Source: Isurus oxyrinchus (taxonomy: Eukaryota). From it: DNA of 64,000 nucleotides. The notes under the pieces were generated by a model. The model was not told where the DNA came from, made no database searches, and was given only the letters and a program-made list of their open reading frames with translations. The first letter of the stretch is position 1; each line of letters opens with the position of its first letter. The stretch is taken from assembly GCA_026770705.1 (NCBI GenBank), contig JANJGN010000013.1, positions 5,022,001-5,086,000 of the forward strand, written 5' to 3'. Shown here piece by piece: positions 61,736 to 64,000 of this stretch. The translations under genes were made by a program, and so were the position numbers.

Positions 61736-63451
61736 TCAGTTTAACTGTTAAATCAGTTTAACCGCTAAACTGACAAAAGTTCAGCAGGAGAACAAAGCGA
61801 ACTTTGAAGGGAGAAGAGTGATAAATGTCACTGTGATCCACAACCAGCACAGTTCCTTCTGATTATGAGTGGACGCTAGTCTTTACCACCGAGTGGTAAT
61901 CTGGCCAATTTTCATTCCTTTGATCCTTTCCGCCAGGTGCCCAGACAATGAAGACAAAATTCTCGCCCCCCAGGATTACTAAGGTTTCCCTACTTGAGTC
62001 ACATGGCATTCTTCCACTTTCCTAAGAACAGGACAGTGCAGATTTTCACCATGAGAAAGTCTGCAACCACTCTGCCACACCCACCTCACCAACTCACACA
62101 ATTGTTTCCAACACCTGGATTTCCAGAAGCCCATAAAATTTTACTTTCTCTCCCCAAATCTTTGCTTGTAAATTTTAATGGTAAATGCTATAAAATTGTC
62201 AACTTCAAGAACTGATTATAGGAAGCAAATGTAAGCAATATTAGAGTAAGCAGCTGCTATATTGCTCAATTGCACATTAAATTACTGGATAGCTAGCTTA
62301 ACTTTTTTTGAACATTGTTATGCTATAAAAAAAATGGTTTCTATAAAACTAACTAAAGGCAGTTTTGTTTTGAAAAAATTGGGACCAACTTATTCTTTTG
62401 AAATAATAAAATGTCCACAATGACGTCAGTAATTTAGCTGAACAGATTTTTCTTGTTACTGCAGTATTTTAAGCATCTTCTTTCAATGTGAATCCAATTA
62501 CAGTATTTCATGTTCTGTGCCCATTTGGTTTGGTTTTAATCACCTGTCTGGAGAGGAGCTCGCCAAAACTTTCCCACTCCCAATAATGATTTTGGAAAGA
62601 TTCAAAGGTGGGGGCTGATAGTGTACGGCCCTCTGTTACATTTAGGCTTATGCCTCAATGCATGGATAGGTCCGGAAAGTGCAATAAATGATCAAGACAA
62701 GAAAAAAATTAAACAATTTTTCCCCTCCTTTTTTTTAATGATACTCAGCAATGAGTTGTGATTTCCCATCATTATGTGGTATATTTTTGGGGCTGGATGA
62801 ATTACAAGCTAAATAAATAGCCTTACTAAACAGCTGGAACCATACTAAGCTTCTAAAAATTTATTTCAGTGGGAACTTTCAGGCTACAGTTAAATACTCT
62901 AAAAGGCACATTTTCACTTTGGAATTGCACATTGTTAAGAGACGGGCAGGAAAAGGCAAGAATCCACCTTATTGCCAGAACTATTCCCTTACAGGTTGTT
63001 CAGACTTGGCTCCTTCCATTGTAAGTAATAACATGTTTTCTTTTAGACCTATAACTAACTTGGCATTTGAAGAGGAAGACCAAAGGATTATCTTTGTTTT
63101 TACATAAAAGATCAATTTAGTGTGGTCTCAAATGAAATAGGCACTCCCTCTCTTCAGATCTTTCTCAGTTTTATCTGTCACCATTTAGTGCAGGATAAAT
63201 CCAAAGTGATTCAGTTGTCAAATGATTTGCAATTTGCAATTGGTGAGTCCATATAAATTGAACAGTGACCAATAATTCAGTACTTTGTAGACAAAAACAA
63301 TTGTTGATTTGGTAGTTCATGTTATTAATAACAGAGAGTTCATATCATCCTGGTAAAACTGTGAAATTCAATTTCCTTCCATAAAACTAAAATCTTTAGT
63401 TCCCCTGAAAGCAGCATGCAGTGATCAGACGATCAACTTCAGCCAACAAAA

Positions 63452-63820
63452 ACTTGAATTTATATAGCACCATTACTGTTATAAAACATCCCAAGGTGCT
63501 TTACAAGAGTATTGTGTAGTGTGACAAAATCTGACACCTAGCCGTAGGAGGTGATATTAGGCCAGATGATCAAAGGCTGAGTTAAAGAGGTAGGTTTTAA
63601 GGAGCATCTTAAAGGAGGAAAGAGATGTGGAGAGATATAGGGAGCAAATTCCAGAGCTTAGGGCTTAGCCAGCTAAAAGGACTGCTGCCAAAAGTGCAGT
63701 GTTTGAAATCGGGAATGGTAAAGAGTCCAGAAATATCAGAATACAGAGAGCTATGGTGGGGCAGTAAGGCTGAAGGAGATTGGAGATAGGGAGGGGAGAG
63801 CGCATGAAAGAATTTGAAAA
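63452..63820 (-). mobile_element. L2 LINE 3' end
   Basis: The segments acttgaatttatatagcacc, aaaacatcccaaggtgctttaca and aaattccagagcttagggc are the reverse complement of the L2 tail at 25900-26095. Confidence 0.8.
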
Positions 63821-63821
63821 A

Positions 63822-64000
63822 AACTTGGCAGATGGAATATAATGTGGGAAAATGTGAGGTTATGCATTTTGGCAGGAAAAGGAAAGGAGCTGGATATTAT
63901 TTGAATGGAGAAAGACTACAGAAAGCTGCAGCACAGAGTCACAGCACAGCATAAATCAAGAAAAGCTAGCATACAAGTTCAGCAGGTACAAGGGAAGGAA
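63822..64000 (+). mobile_element. CR1 RT fragment (runs off the window)
   Basis: The segment tggcagatggaatataatgtgggaaaatgtgaggttatgcattttgg (WQMEYNVGKCEVMHFG) is homologous to 35055-35220. Confidence 0.85.

Noticed and set aside
142-63107. Remaining short ORFs in the six-frame track
   Set aside because: They are antisense or alternate frames of repeats, or random ORFs with no recognisable domain.

Overview
Eukaryotic, AT-rich, CpG-depleted vertebrate genomic DNA. The repeat content (Deu-domain SINEs, abundant CR1 and L2, Neptune-type Penelope-like elements, Harbinger-like MITEs) points to a cartilaginous fish (inference). I found no host-gene exon that I can support, so the window looks intronic or intergenic. 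Almost all long ORFs are retroelement RT or endonuclease remnants. The most interesting signal is a set of nine Penelope-like element (PLE) insertions. One is a 3.3-kb tail-out inverted Neptune element (RT + GIY-YIG). The others are shorter truncated or fold-back derivatives, five with exact 9-16 bp target-site duplications (TSDs). Every copy carries a minimal hammerhead-ribozyme motif, intact or degenerate. The young family has a fixed non-canonical core (CUGUCGA instead of CUGANGA). Five short copies start or fold back at or within that ribozyme. Boundaries of old repeats are approximate, and family names come from recalled motifs rather than database searches.
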